A DNA stretch of 64,000 nt from Clostridiales bacterium (GCA_015055815.1 SVHM01000001.1:41774-105773); one strand, 5' to 3'. Numbered from the stretch's first letter, positions 9,991 to 18,801 are shown. Made by a program: numbers and translations. The notes: generated by a model not told the origin, from the sequence alone.

Positions 9991-11684
9991 TCATAAAATC
10001 TTTTACTATTAATAATTGCTCCATAAATTGGTGGACAAATAACAAAGTTAAAAGACAATATCATAGGTAAAATTAATTTAACTGCAAAGTATTTAAAATT
10101 ATCAATTTCAAATCCATTTAATGCGTTTATACAATAAATTAAAACTGTTAAAACTAAAAATGTAAGTATTCCAAGTAAAATTGAGTATTTATACTTAAAT
10201 GTATTAAGTTTGTGAGCATTACTATGAAATATAAATGGAAGTATATAGCATAACGATAATATCAGTGATAATATGTAACTAACAATAATAAATGTTTTGT
10301 CGCCATTACCAATTAAATTTAATTTGTTGAATACAACAAATGAAACTGTAATTTCAAGCGCTAATAATAAAAGTAGAATAATACCAAATGTCAACTTAAC
10401 TTTATTAATAAGAACGTACGAACGGTCTTTCTCAACATATGTATTTCTGCTTTCATATTTTGAAATTTGGACAGGCTCGTCAGTAGTATAGTTATTAATT
10501 TCTTCTATATACTTTGAATTGCTAACTTTTGTTTCAAATTCAGTTGGTTCAAAGTCAACAAATTTATCTTCATCTTCTTGAGTATCGTCATCATATTCAA
10601 ATATCTTATTTTCTACATTTGAAATTTCATCAGTATTATCAATTATCTTCTCTTCAATTATGTCCTCTGACATTATTAATTTATCAAGCTTACTTCTATA
10701 GTCAATTTTTTCTTCTTCAATTGGTTTTGGAGTAGGGGCAGGAGCTGGTTTTTCTGTTAAAGATTTTTGAAGCATTTTATCTTCAGTTAACTTATTGAAT
10801 TTGGCAAGGAAATTTTCATTTCTTTGTCTTTTCTCTTCTTCAGTATATTCATGATTGACTTGTGTGTTTTTATTTTCTGTATAATAAGGATAAGCAGGTG
10901 TATGATTAGTTCTCTTTATTACGTTATCAATAATTTTAGATTTTTGAACACTTACAGTATGTTCTTTGTAATCACTATCTCTAAGTTTATAAATACCATC
11001 TCTATCAAGTATAACAACTCTCGACTTCATTGGCTTCTTGTAAATTAATTTTTTGTTTGGGGAATTTGCTATAGCTTTATTTGAACGTTTAACTTTATTT
11101 GATAATTCCTTCCAAGGATCAATCTTAGGAATATTACTTTCAATAGTGATTTCAGATTTTTCAATAGGAGTTTGAGTATAGAAAACATGGTCGGGAATAA
11201 TTTCTTCTTTTGGTTTTGTCTCAAAATTAAATGAAGCAGGAATTGAATTTTCTGGTAATTCTTTTAAAATGATTTCTTCTTTAGTATCATCAGTTGAAAT
11301 ATTTGTTTCATCAACATTCCCAACTTCAATGTCATTTTTAATAACAACTTCTGTGTTTAATGGTTTATCATCTTCAACAATTTCATCTTTAATTTTTAGT
11401 ACTTCTCTCTGGTAATATTTATATCCATTCTCAGTTAAGTGATAATAGTGTCGTCTACCACCAATATCACTATCACCCCAATAAGAACTTACTATACCTT
11501 TTTCTTCAAATCTAGATAGGCTACTATAAAGACTTGGTTGTTTAAGTTTAATTGCACCGTCAGAATATTTCTCAACATCTTTTATAATTTCATATCCGTA
11601 TTTATCGCCACCCACAAGAGATTTCAAAATTATAGTGTTAACCGAGCCTCTTGAAGCAATTCTTCTTCTTTGTTTTCTAGCCAT
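9987..11684 (-). CDS. PadR-family winged-helix domain fused to a long low-complexity linker and a C-terminal multi-TM domain
   Basis: The N-terminus ILKSLVGGDKYGYEIIKDVEKYSDGAIKLKQPSLYSSLSRFEEKGIVSSYWGDS...RRHYYHLTENG is a PadR signature. The C-terminal ~140 aa contain about 4 hydrophobic helices. Confidence 0.7.
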   Translation of the reverse strand: MARKQRRRIASRGSVNTIILKSLVGGDKYGYEIIKDVEKYSDGAIKLKQPSLYSSLSRFEEKGIVSSYWGDSDIGGRRHYYHLTENGYKYYQREVLKIKDEIVEDDKPLNTEVVIKNDIEVGNVDETNISTDDTKEEIILKELPENSIPASFNFETKPKEEIIPDHVFYTQTPIEKSEITIESNIPKIDPWKELSNKVKRSNKAIANSPNKKLIYKKPMKSRVVILDRDGIYKLRDSDYKEHTVSVQKSKIIDNVIKRTNHTPAYPYYTENKNTQVNHEYTEEEKRQRNENFLAKFNKLTEDKMLQKSLTEKPAPAPTPKPIEEEKIDYRSKLDKLIMSEDIIEEKIIDNTDEISNVENKIFEYDDDTQEDEDKFVDFEPTEFETKVSNSKYIEEINNYTTDEPVQISKYESRNTYVEKDRSYVLINKVKLTFGIILLLLLALEITVSFVVFNKLNLIGNGDKTFIIVSYILSLILSLCYILPFIFHSNAHKLNTFKYKYSILLGILTFLVLTVLIYCINALNGFEIDNFKYFAVKLILPMILSFNFVICPPIYGAIINSKRFYD

Positions 11685-11855
11685 GCTTACTCCTAAATAA
11701 TATAACTATATATTATATAATATATAATTACAAAAAAATAGTCAAATAAAATACTATTCAAATGTCGAATTTAAAAATAAATGTAGCCAATATTAATTGT
11801 TTTATATTTTATAAATTGATATACTATGCTTAATTAATTATTGGGAGAATTTTTA

Positions 11856-12527
11856 ATGGTAGAACCAGATTTAATAGTTAGGTCATATAGACGAAGTTTA
11901 TGCTTATCGATAAATAAAGATGGAAAACTTATTGTTCATGCTCCTAAAAAATTATCACTAAAAGAAATTTATAAATATATTGAAGAAAAAGAGAAGTGGA
12001 TAAAAACAAAACAAAATGAAATACAAGAAAAGTTAAAAATTAATGTTGATGTACTATCATATAAAGAATTTTTATTTCTTGGTAAAAAATATAAACTTGT
12101 ATTTTTAAATGGAATTAAAAAAATTGAACTTGGAAGTTCTGAAATAGCCATTCCAAATAAAATAGATAAAGATCAAATACTACAAAAGATAAAACAATGG
12201 TATATTTCAAATGCAAAAAAAATACTTTCAGAAAGAGTTGAGTATTTTGCAAATTTAATGCAACTTGATTATGCGTCAATATCATTAAACAATAGCAAGA
12301 GTAAGTGGGGGACATGTGATAGTAGAAGAAATATAAAATTAAACTTTAGACTAGTTATGCTACCACACAAAGTAATTGATTATGTAATCATTCATGAACT
12401 ATCTCATATAATAGAATTTAACCACTCAAAAAATTTTTATAAAATAATATCAACTATTATGCCTAGTTATAAACTACAACAAAAAATAATAAAAGAATAT
12501 GACTATGTATTAAGATTGTTTAGATAA
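11856..12527 (+). CDS. DUF45/YgjP-type (M48-family) zinc metallohydrolase
   Basis: Motifs KSKWGTCDSRRNIKLNFRLVMLP and DYVIIHELSHIIEFNHS (HExxH). The start is moved to the ATG at 11856, which follows the GGGAGA ribosome-binding site. Confidence 0.8.
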   Translation: MVEPDLIVRSYRRSLCLSINKDGKLIVHAPKKLSLKEIYKYIEEKEKWIKTKQNEIQEKLKINVDVLSYKEFLFLGKKYKLVFLNGIKKIELGSSEIAIPNKIDKDQILQKIKQWYISNAKKILSERVEYFANLMQLDYASISLNNSKSKWGTCDSRRNIKLNFRLVMLPHKVIDYVIIHELSHIIEFNHSKNFYKIISTIMPSYKLQQKIIKEYDYVLRLFR

Positions 12528-12736
12528 TTAAATATGCATCAGAGTATATGTTATTAATATGATGTTATTATTGCTTAAATATAAAGCTAATAGTATGATT
12601 ATCTTCAATCAATAAATTAAATAACATCAAATGAAATATTAAATTACATATATGCACGAGTTGATTAACTAAAAACAAAAATTTAAACATTAGGGGATAG
12701 AGTAAAATTTAAAAACAAATTCAAACAATATGATTA

Positions 12737-12776
12737 AAAGTTATGGTCAAAAATGCGAAAACCATAACTTTTTTCT
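12737..12776 (+). terminator. Hairpin plus T-run (terminator-like)
   Basis: Stem aaagttatggt / accataacttt with a 13-nt loop, then a T-run. It lies about 210 nt after the M48 gene and just left of the att-like repeat. Confidence 0.5.
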
Positions 12777-12808
12777 TGTAATAAAAAACGGCTTTATTGC
12801 GTAATTAG

Positions 12809-12856
12809 ATATAGTAAGTGTTCGCAAAAGGCATTCCCATGTTTTTCGAATAGTTT
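12809..12856 (+). repeat. Left att/dif-like site (S1)
   Basis: ATATAGTAAGTGTTCGCAAAAG (12809-12830) is identical 22/22 to 19401-19422. A second arm TTTTTCGAATAGTTT (12842-12856) matches 19428-19442 at 14/15, but follows a 12-bp spacer rather than 6 bp. Confidence 0.75.
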
Positions 12857-12956
12857 TTTTAAATTTAGTATTATTAAAACTTCTAATTTTAATTACAATA
12901 TTTCTAGAAACATGCTCCTATCCATTTTCTAAAAAAACTGTTTGAAATAACGGGGT

Positions 12957-12973
12957 CTTTTGCGTATTAGTTT
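12957..12973 (+). repeat. Extra arm-like copy inside the left end of the element
   Basis: CTTTTGCGTATTAGTTT compared with CTTTTGCGAATAGTTT at 19427-19442 (one substitution plus one inserted T). Confidence 0.5.
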
Positions 12974-13029
12974 ACAATTAAATATTTGCTCAACACTTTC
13001 TATAAATAATTTTATAGGAGTGTTTTTTA

Positions 13030-13262
13030 TGGATGAAAAACAAAAAATCAAAAAAATAAATAAATTAGAGTTAGTCGCAACTGCTCAAGAAATGGAAGAT
13101 AAGGAAACTAAAAATAAAATATCTTTCATTAAGTACGAAATAGTATTAGATGGTACAAGAATTGGTATCGGTGCTAATGATAAGTTTAAAGAACTTCTTA
13201 AATATCTAGTAGGTGCTACTGATTTAACTACTGGTCAATCTATTGTTGTAGGAGATAAGTAA
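13030..13262 (+). CDS. Phage hypothetical protein (77 aa); size and position fit an ssDNA-binding or regulatory protein, unproven
   Basis: The ATG at 13030 follows a TAGGAG ribosome-binding site. The protein is soluble, and the next ORF starts 1 nt after its stop. Confidence 0.5.
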
Positions 13263-13263
13263 T

Positions 13264-13389
13264 ATGCAGTGGTTAGGTTATATTTTATTTGCTCTAGGCG
13301 GTGCTTTCTTAGTTGTTGAAGTCATAGGTTTGACTAAAGACATTATTAATAGAAAGAAAAATAAAAAAAAGGGGGATAAAGACGAATAA
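13264..13389 (+). CDS. Small single-TM protein (41 aa), candidate minor coat protein
   Basis: MQWLGYILFALGGAFLVVEVIGL followed by a K-rich tail. Its stop overlaps the next start (TAATG). Not in the ORF track because it is under 60 aa. Confidence 0.5.
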   Translation: MQWLGYILFALGGAFLVVEVIGLTKDIINRKKNKKKGDKDE

Positions 13390-13637
13390 TGACTGGTGTT
13401 GCGTTAGTTGAAGAAATTGTATCTATTCTTATTGCTGGTATTACTAACTTTGCTGCTGGTATTGGTGAAGGTCTATCGGCTCTAGCGTCTGGAATATTCT
13501 TCAGTACTACTGGTGAAACAACTGGACTTAGTGTTCTAGGTATTTGTATCTTGGCATTTGCTGGTATTTCTCTATGTATTGGTTTATCTAGATGGGTGTT
13601 GAACTTCTTCACATCTTTAGGTGCAAGAAATCGTTAA
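13389..13637 (+). CDS. Gly/Ala-rich double-TM protein (82 aa), candidate major coat protein
   Basis: Two hydrophobic helices and a basic C-terminus (SLGARNR). A strong terminator follows immediately, as after major coat genes of filamentous phages. Confidence 0.5.
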   Translation: MTGVALVEEIVSILIAGITNFAAGIGEGLSALASGIFFSTTGETTGLSVLGICILAFAGISLCIGLSRWVLNFFTSLGARNR

Positions 13638-13640
13638 TTA

Positions 13641-13675
13641 AAAGTGGTTGGCTTCTTGCTGACCACTTTTTGTTT
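13641..13675 (+). terminator. Rho-independent terminator after the putative coat gene
   Basis: Stem aaagtggttggc / gctgaccacttt (two G-U pairs) with loop ttctt, then TTTTTGTTTT. Confidence 0.7.
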
Positions 13676-13691
13676 TATTCGTTAATTTTTT

Positions 13692-14549
13692 ATGAAAATT
13701 TTAATTATTATAATTTTAGTTTGTATTATATTATTTTTTATTCGTAAGTTTTTAAGTAAATTTAAATTCCCTAAAATAACTGCATTGTCTGTTTTTACTG
13801 GTGCTGTTAAAGTTGGTAAAACTGGTGTTTCTCTTGCTTGTACTTTATCTGTATATAGAAGAGTTCATTTTAGATGGAAAATAATTTGTTTCTTTAGAAA
13901 GTTATTTAGAAAAGAATTACCTGAAGAACCTTTGTTGTATTCAAATATTCCATTAAGAAAGGTTAAATATCATGAAATTACATTAGAACATATTCTTAGA
14001 AAAGTTAGGTTTAATTTTGGTAGTGTAGTATTTGTAGATGAAGCGTCACTACTTGCTGATTGTTACATTTCTAAAGATAAACCCGAACTATCTACTGAAT
14101 TATTAAAATTCTTTAAATTATTTGGTCATGAAACTCATTGCGGTATTTGTATTTTTAATTCTCAACAAATATCTGATTTGCATATTGCTTTAAGAAAATG
14201 TACATCTCAATACTTTTATATTCATAATACTTCTTCAAAATATTTGCCTTTTATATCTTATTGCAAGTTAAGAGAAGAAAGGTATTCAGAAGATGGGTCA
14301 ACTATTAATACTTATAATGAAGATATTGAAGATACTACTAAAACTGTTATTTTTAGAAAATCTACATTTAAAAAATACGATTGTTGTTGCTATTCTATTC
14401 TAACTGATAATCTTCCAGTTTTAAATATACCTATGTTTAATTATAAACATGATAGTTTAAAGGCTAGTAAGATTGTATCTTTTAGACCTGAATTTGCTAA
14501 TTTATTTAATGAAATTAATAAGATTAAGGAGAAAGAAAAAGATGTTTAA
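13692..14549 (+). CDS. Zot/pI-like P-loop morphogenesis ATPase with an N-terminal TM helix
   Basis: Walker A GAVKVGKTG (aa 37-45) and Walker B-like SVVFVDEASLL, with an N-terminal hydrophobic helix. It is the largest P-loop protein of the element. Confidence 0.6.
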   Translation: MKILIIIILVCIILFFIRKFLSKFKFPKITALSVFTGAVKVGKTGVSLACTLSVYRRVHFRWKIICFFRKLFRKELPEEPLLYSNIPLRKVKYHEITLEHILRKVRFNFGSVVFVDEASLLADCYISKDKPELSTELLKFFKLFGHETHCGICIFNSQQISDLHIALRKCTSQYFYIHNTSSKYLPFISYCKLREERYSEDGSTINTYNEDIEDTTKTVIFRKSTFKKYDCCCYSILTDNLPVLNIPMFNYKHDSLKASKIVSFRPEFANLFNEINKIKEKEKDV

Positions 14550-14712
14550 TAATAAAGAAAGAAAAATTTTAGATAATCATTCAAAGGCAATTTTAAAATT
14601 GGCAGACACTTTAGGTCAAGTTATAGATTGTCTTAATGAACACAATATAAAATTTGAATATAAGGAAGGTAAGTTGTTAGATGAGAAAAAGAACGATAAA
14701 GAGACTTGCTGA
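14542..14712 (+). CDS. Phage hypothetical protein (56 aa)
   Basis: The ATG at 14542 follows an AAGGAGA site and overlaps the Zot-like stop by 8 nt. Confidence 0.45.
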   Translation: MFNNKERKILDNHSKAILKLADTLGQVIDCLNEHNIKFEYKEGKLLDEKKNDKETC

Positions 14713-15031
14713 TACTATATTTTGGTATGCCTTATATTTTTTGCCAGTACTAATATTAATTTTAATGTCTTTACATAACCCTATTACTAGTTTATCTAGT
14801 GTTATTAGTACTTTAGGTTTAGATATACTTAATGATAGTGTTATTTATACTACATTAAATAGTGTTGTTGGTGCAGGGGGTATATTACCATTGTTCTCTA
14901 GTCCAGATATACTAATATTCTTTACTTATTATATTTGTGTTTATATTCTTCATTTACTTGTTGATATTGTAATCTTTATTCCTAAAATTGCTCATAAATG
15001 GTTAAATACATTTACACAAGGAGATGAATAA
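14681..15031 (+). CDS. Phage membrane protein (116 aa, ~3 TM helices)
   Basis: Hydrophobic helices, and overlaps both neighbouring ORFs. Confidence 0.55.
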   Translation: MRKRTIKRLADTIFWYALYFLPVLILILMSLHNPITSLSSVISTLGLDILNDSVIYTTLNSVVGAGGILPLFSSPDILIFFTYYICVYILHLLVDIVIFIPKIAHKWLNTFTQGDE

Positions 15032-15032
15032 T

Positions 15033-16043
15033 ATGGAAGTTAAAAAGAAATCTATATTTAAAAGAATACTAGCATTTGGCGGTGCATTATTATGTGCATT
15101 TGCTTTTTGCTTTGGTATTGTTAATATAAGTAATAATCATAAAGAAACATTACAAGTTAGTGCTGATGAAGTTGTTACTGATTATACTTTTGTTAGTTCT
15201 GATACTTATCATTTTGATATTTATTATGTAAATTGGTCTGAAAGCCGATTATTGCCTATTGTTTTTTCTTCTAATGTAAAATTTTCTAATAATTCAATTT
15301 CATTTGCTCCATTTTTTCATTACATTGATTATGAAGGACTTGATATTAATTATCTTCAATTTCAATATTTTTTATATTTAGAAGATAATATTGCTTGGTA
15401 TTTTGATAATAATTCTTTTTTGCCTCTAGATTATGGCTCAACTCGTTTTTATGTTTCTTCTAATTTAGATGATATAAATCTACGTGGTAATTATTGTGTT
15501 ATGGATGTTTTTGTTTCTGATAATTTTAATGCTAATGTTTATAAAGTAGAAATTGCTTTATCTGATACTAATTTTATTGAAGATAATATTTCAACTGATA
15601 TTAAATATTTAAATTTTAAATATTATGATGTTAATGATAATTATTTTATAATTTCTTTTACTGTACCTTATGATACAGTTTATGCATCTCGTACATATTA
15701 TTTAATTCCTTATACTGAATTATCTGATAATGATTACTATAATCAAGGTTTTCAATCTGGAGTAAGTAGTGGTTATAAAAGCGGTTTTACTGCAGGAGAA
15801 AATAAAGGTTATTCTGATGGTTACGGAGTAGGCAAAAATGATGGATATAATTTAGGTTATAATACTGCTTTATCTTCTGACCATTATACATTTGATAGTT
15901 TATTAACTGCGGTTATAGATGTACCAGTAAGAACATTTACAAGTTTATTTAATTTTGAAATACTCGGTGTTAATTTAAGCGGTTTCTTCTTAGGTTTACT
16001 TACTTGTTGTATAGTAGTTGCAATTGTTAGGTTTATATTGTAG
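15033..16043 (+). CDS. pIII-like candidate adsorption/minor coat protein
   Basis: Signal-peptide-like N-terminus (KKKSIFKRILAFGGALLCAFAFCFG). Gly/Tyr-rich linker GFQSGVSSGYKSGFTAGENKGYSDGYGVGKNDGYNLGYN. C-terminal TM anchor FFLGLLTCCIVVAIVRFIL. The start is set at the second ATG, 9 nt after AAGGAG. Confidence 0.5.
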   Translation: MEVKKKSIFKRILAFGGALLCAFAFCFGIVNISNNHKETLQVSADEVVTDYTFVSSDTYHFDIYYVNWSESRLLPIVFSSNVKFSNNSISFAPFFHYIDYEGLDINYLQFQYFLYLEDNIAWYFDNNSFLPLDYGSTRFYVSSNLDDINLRGNYCVMDVFVSDNFNANVYKVEIALSDTNFIEDNISTDIKYLNFKYYDVNDNYFIISFTVPYDTVYASRTYYLIPYTELSDNDYYNQGFQSGVSSGYKSGFTAGENKGYSDGYGVGKNDGYNLGYNTALSSDHYTFDSLLTAVIDVPVRTFTSLFNFEILGVNLSGFFLGLLTCCIVVAIVRFIL

Positions 16044-16053
16044 GTAGGTGGAT

Positions 16054-16542
16054 ATGAAAGAGTATAATAATTCAGAATATAAAAGTGGTAAATCTAATAT
16101 TAAATCCTTTTATACTAGTAATAGTGTAGATAGTTTAGGTAGTTCTAAAGTAAATAAAGTAAAAACTGTAGAAGAGACTAGTAATTCTGTTTCTAGTCAA
16201 AGAACTACTTCATATTTTTCTAATCATGGTTTTAATGTATTTAATTTAATTTTTTTAATTTTAATTTCTGTGTCGCTTATTAGAATTTTACGTGGTAATA
16301 GTGATGATATTGTATCTTTTGGTTCATTGCTTGATTTGTTACAAGATGCTCCTGTAATATCAGATGGTGTTGGTACGTTTGTTGAACGTTTAAATATTAC
16401 TGCTGATTGGGGTATATTTAATTTTCTTAGAAATTTATTTAATGATATTTTGGGTCTCTGGTCTATTTTGATTTGGATGGGTTCATCTTTAGTTGACGTA
16501 ATTGTTTACATTTATTATTTTTTAAAATGGATATTTATTTAA
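16054..16542 (+). CDS. Phage membrane protein (162 aa), candidate pVI-like or assembly protein
   Basis: Ser-rich N-terminal half followed by two or three hydrophobic helices. Confidence 0.5.
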   Translation: MKEYNNSEYKSGKSNIKSFYTSNSVDSLGSSKVNKVKTVEETSNSVSSQRTTSYFSNHGFNVFNLIFLILISVSLIRILRGNSDDIVSFGSLLDLLQDAPVISDGVGTFVERLNITADWGIFNFLRNLFNDILGLWSILIWMGSSLVDVIVYIYYFLKWIFI

Positions 16543-16571
16543 AAAAGATATACTTATTGTATATCTCTAGT

Positions 16572-17357
16572 TTATATTGATAAATTTTCATTAATTTTAT
16601 CTATAATATAATTTTCTGTATTTAAATTTTCTGTCCAAAATTCTATTATTTTTAAATTTGCTTGATTACAAATATATTTAACTTTTGCATCTCTTATTTG
16701 TCTATCTTTTCTATGGTGTGTATTGTCATTTACTTCAATTAATAGTAATGGATATGATGTGTTTTTATCAAAAATTCCTATATCTATTATACGATTAAGT
16801 TCATTTTGATATTGTCCTTCAAATTCCTTTTCTTTTTCTATAATTGATGATAGTGGAACTTGTACTCTTATTTCATATTCATCATTAAAATGTTTTTTAA
16901 TTATATCTAAAAAATATTTTTCATTGTTTGTAATAGTTTTTTCTTTTATATGATATTTTGAATTTTCTGTGTAAATTTCATATCTATCGACATTTAAGGT
17001 TTCTTTTTCAGTTAGTTTTTTTAATATTATTGTAGTAATTATTGATATGATTAATAAAATTAGTGTAATTGGTGCACTGTATCCGTTTAATATATTGTTC
17101 CAGTATGCGAAATATATAAACATTCCAAACAATAATATTGATATACATATAAATGTAATTTTAATTTTATTAAGTTTTTTGCCTTTTTCATTTAATTGTA
17201 ATTTTTTGTTTTCTTGTTTATTTATATTTAATGTTTTTTTGCAACATAATTTTATTAAACCTATCATCAATGCAATTGGTAGTAATATGATTTTTGCAAT
17301 TAATTTTAATTCTTTATTGTTAATATATTTTCTTCTTTTTCTATAATATCTACCCAT
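16572..17357 (-). CDS. Membrane-anchored DUF2726 (restriction-endonuclease-like fold) protein; cargo gene on the opposite strand
   Basis: Three N-terminal TM helices. The C-terminal domain fits the DUF2726 pattern: EKYFLDIIKKHF..EYEIRVQVPLSSII ... IIDIGIFDKNTSYPLLLIEVNDNTHHRKDRQIRDAKVKYICNQANLKIIEFW. Confidence 0.65.
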   Translation of the reverse strand: MGRYYRKRRKYINNKELKLIAKIILLPIALMIGLIKLCCKKTLNINKQENKKLQLNEKGKKLNKIKITFICISILLFGMFIYFAYWNNILNGYSAPITLILLIISIITTIILKKLTEKETLNVDRYEIYTENSKYHIKEKTITNNEKYFLDIIKKHFNDEYEIRVQVPLSSIIEKEKEFEGQYQNELNRIIDIGIFDKNTSYPLLLIEVNDNTHHRKDRQIRDAKVKYICNQANLKIIEFWTENLNTENYIIDKINENLSI

Positions 17358-17424
17358 TTTACTTTCTCCTTACATTTTATTTCTTATTATACTTTTTCTT
17401 GCTTTACAAGTCAAGAATTTAAAG

Positions 17425-17505
17425 TTCGTTAGGGGGTTAAGGGGGTGCAACTGCACCCCAAACCCACGAACGAAAAAGTTACCCCTACGTCTAATAGGGG
17501 GTAAC
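17425..17505 (+). promoter_or_regulatory. GC-rich nested hairpins; candidate replication origin or packaging signal
   Basis: Stems GGGGTGCA/TGCACCCC (17442-17459), GTTCGT/ACGAAC (17425-30 / 17466-71) and GTTACCCC/GGGGTAAC (17478-85 / 17498-505). This is the only clearly G/C-rich patch of the element and lies directly upstream of rep. Confidence 0.5.
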
Positions 17506-17550
17506 ATATGTACTAGAGTACAAAAATAATAAAAATTGGAGTGTTATTTT

Positions 17551-18426
17551 ATGTCATTAAAATATTATAATTCAATAACACTTAATGATAATATTATTAT
17601 GTCATGTGATATGCTTAGACTTAGTTTTAGTTTAAGTAATGATAAGTTATCTGAATTTAATAGATATATAATTAACTATGAGTTTAAGCATAGTAATATT
17701 AAAGTTAAGTTGTTTCGTTCTCATACTTTATTCCAATTTGCTAATTTACTTCAAATTCAAAATTTAGATGATGGTACATCTTTTGCTATGGGACTTGGTT
17801 TTAACTCAATGAAAACACAAGAAAAAAGTACTTGCTTTATTGAATTTAACCCAAATAAAACTATACCAAATAATCTAGTTACACCATTTTTAGAGTACAT
17901 AAAATTAAAATGCAACTTTTTAGATGTTGTTAGATATGATATAGCATTTGATATAACACTTAATCGTGAATTATTTAATCTCGTTAAGGATAGACGCAAA
18001 TACAAAAAAATTTATAGCCTTGAACTTAATAATAAAGATTTGTCAGATTTTACAGAGTATTTAGGTCAAAGGCAAAATAACGGATATGTAAAACTTTACA
18101 ATAAACAAATTGAAAGTGATTTAGATAAGCCACTTACAAGACTTGAAATTACTTTAGATAAGTTAGAATATGATAATCTAATTAAAGAGATGCCAACACT
18201 TAATATATTTAAGTATAAAAATTTTACTACATCTATATTAACTGATACTGAAAAAGTTTTATTATCCTTATTGTTACAAAATGATAACTGCACACAATAT
18301 TTGTATGCATTAGGTCGTAAGACAAAAGAAAAATTAATGCCATTTATTGCTGAAAGTTATCCAATTAAAATTACTGAAGATGATTTTTATCATTTTATAT
18401 TACTTATAAATAAAATTATTAATTAA
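17551..18426 (+). CDS. Rolling-circle replication initiator, Rep_trans (RstA/pT181 RepC-like) family
   Basis: Motifs VVRYDIAFDI, EYLGQRQNNGYVKLYNKQIE and PLTRLEITLDK resemble the Rep_trans pattern (aspartate box, YxGxR...YDK, RxExxL). The ATG at 17551 follows a GGAG site. Confidence 0.6.
   Translation: MSLKYYNSITLNDNIIMSCDMLRLSFSLSNDKLSEFNRYIINYEFKHSNIKVKLFRSHTLFQFANLLQIQNLDDGTSFAMGLGFNSMKTQEKSTCFIEFNPNKTIPNNLVTPFLEYIKLKCNFLDVVRYDIAFDITLNRELFNLVKDRRKYKKIYSLELNNKDLSDFTEYLGQRQNNGYVKLYNKQIESDLDKPLTRLEITLDKLEYDNLIKEMPTLNIFKYKNFTTSILTDTEKVLLSLLLQNDNCTQYLYALGRKTKEKLMPFIAESYPIKITEDDFYHFILLINKIIN
17665..17758 (+). repeat. Copy A of a 94-bp perfect inverted repeat (inside rep, codons 39-70)
   Basis: The reverse complement of 17665-17758 equals 19180-19273 at 94/94 positions (checked base by base). 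Confidence 0.9.
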
Positions 18427-18439
18427 TGTGAGGTTTGTT

Positions 18440-18700
18440 ATGTTTAAAAAATTTTATAATTCAAATTATAAAAAATATAATTTATATGGTTTTTTATTTT
18501 GTTCATTTTTGATGTTTTGTATGGTACAAGTAGGAGTATTTAGTGTTACTTCAAATAAAATAAATGCTCTTATTGGTTGTATTGATTTTTTATTATCTGT
18601 TATTTTTGCTATGCGATATGCAAAATATTTTAATAAAACATATCAATTAAAGAAAAATGCTAAAAAAGAAATAACAAAAGAAAATAAAAATAATAAGTAG
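18440..18700 (+). CDS. Phage membrane protein (86 aa)
   Basis: The ATG at 18440 follows a GAGG site. Two hydrophobic helices and a K-rich tail. Confidence 0.5.
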   Translation: MFKKFYNSNYKKYNLYGFLFCSFLMFCMVQVGVFSVTSNKINALIGCIDFLLSVIFAMRYAKYFNKTYQLKKNAKKEITKENKNNK

Positions 18701-18707
18701 GTGTATT

Positions 18708-18794
18708 ATGTGGTATATTATTATTCCGATTTTTATAGTTATATCTGCTCCAATAACTATTTATTTAGAATTAAAAAATATATATAAAGGCTAG
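18708..18794 (+). CDS. Tiny single-TM ORF (28 aa)
   Basis: MWYIIIPIFIVISAPITIYLELKNIYKG. Tightly spaced with its neighbours. Not in the ORF track. Confidence 0.35.
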   Translation: MWYIIIPIFIVISAPITIYLELKNIYKG

Positions 18795-18801
18795 GTGTTA
18801 T

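Noticed and set aside
12528-12960. A tRNA or tmRNA gene as the phage integration target, or a phage repressor gene, in the left flank.
   Set aside because: There is no G/C-rich cloverleaf-capable segment. The only ORF is a 24-codon frame (12730-12804) that overlaps the terminator-like hairpin.
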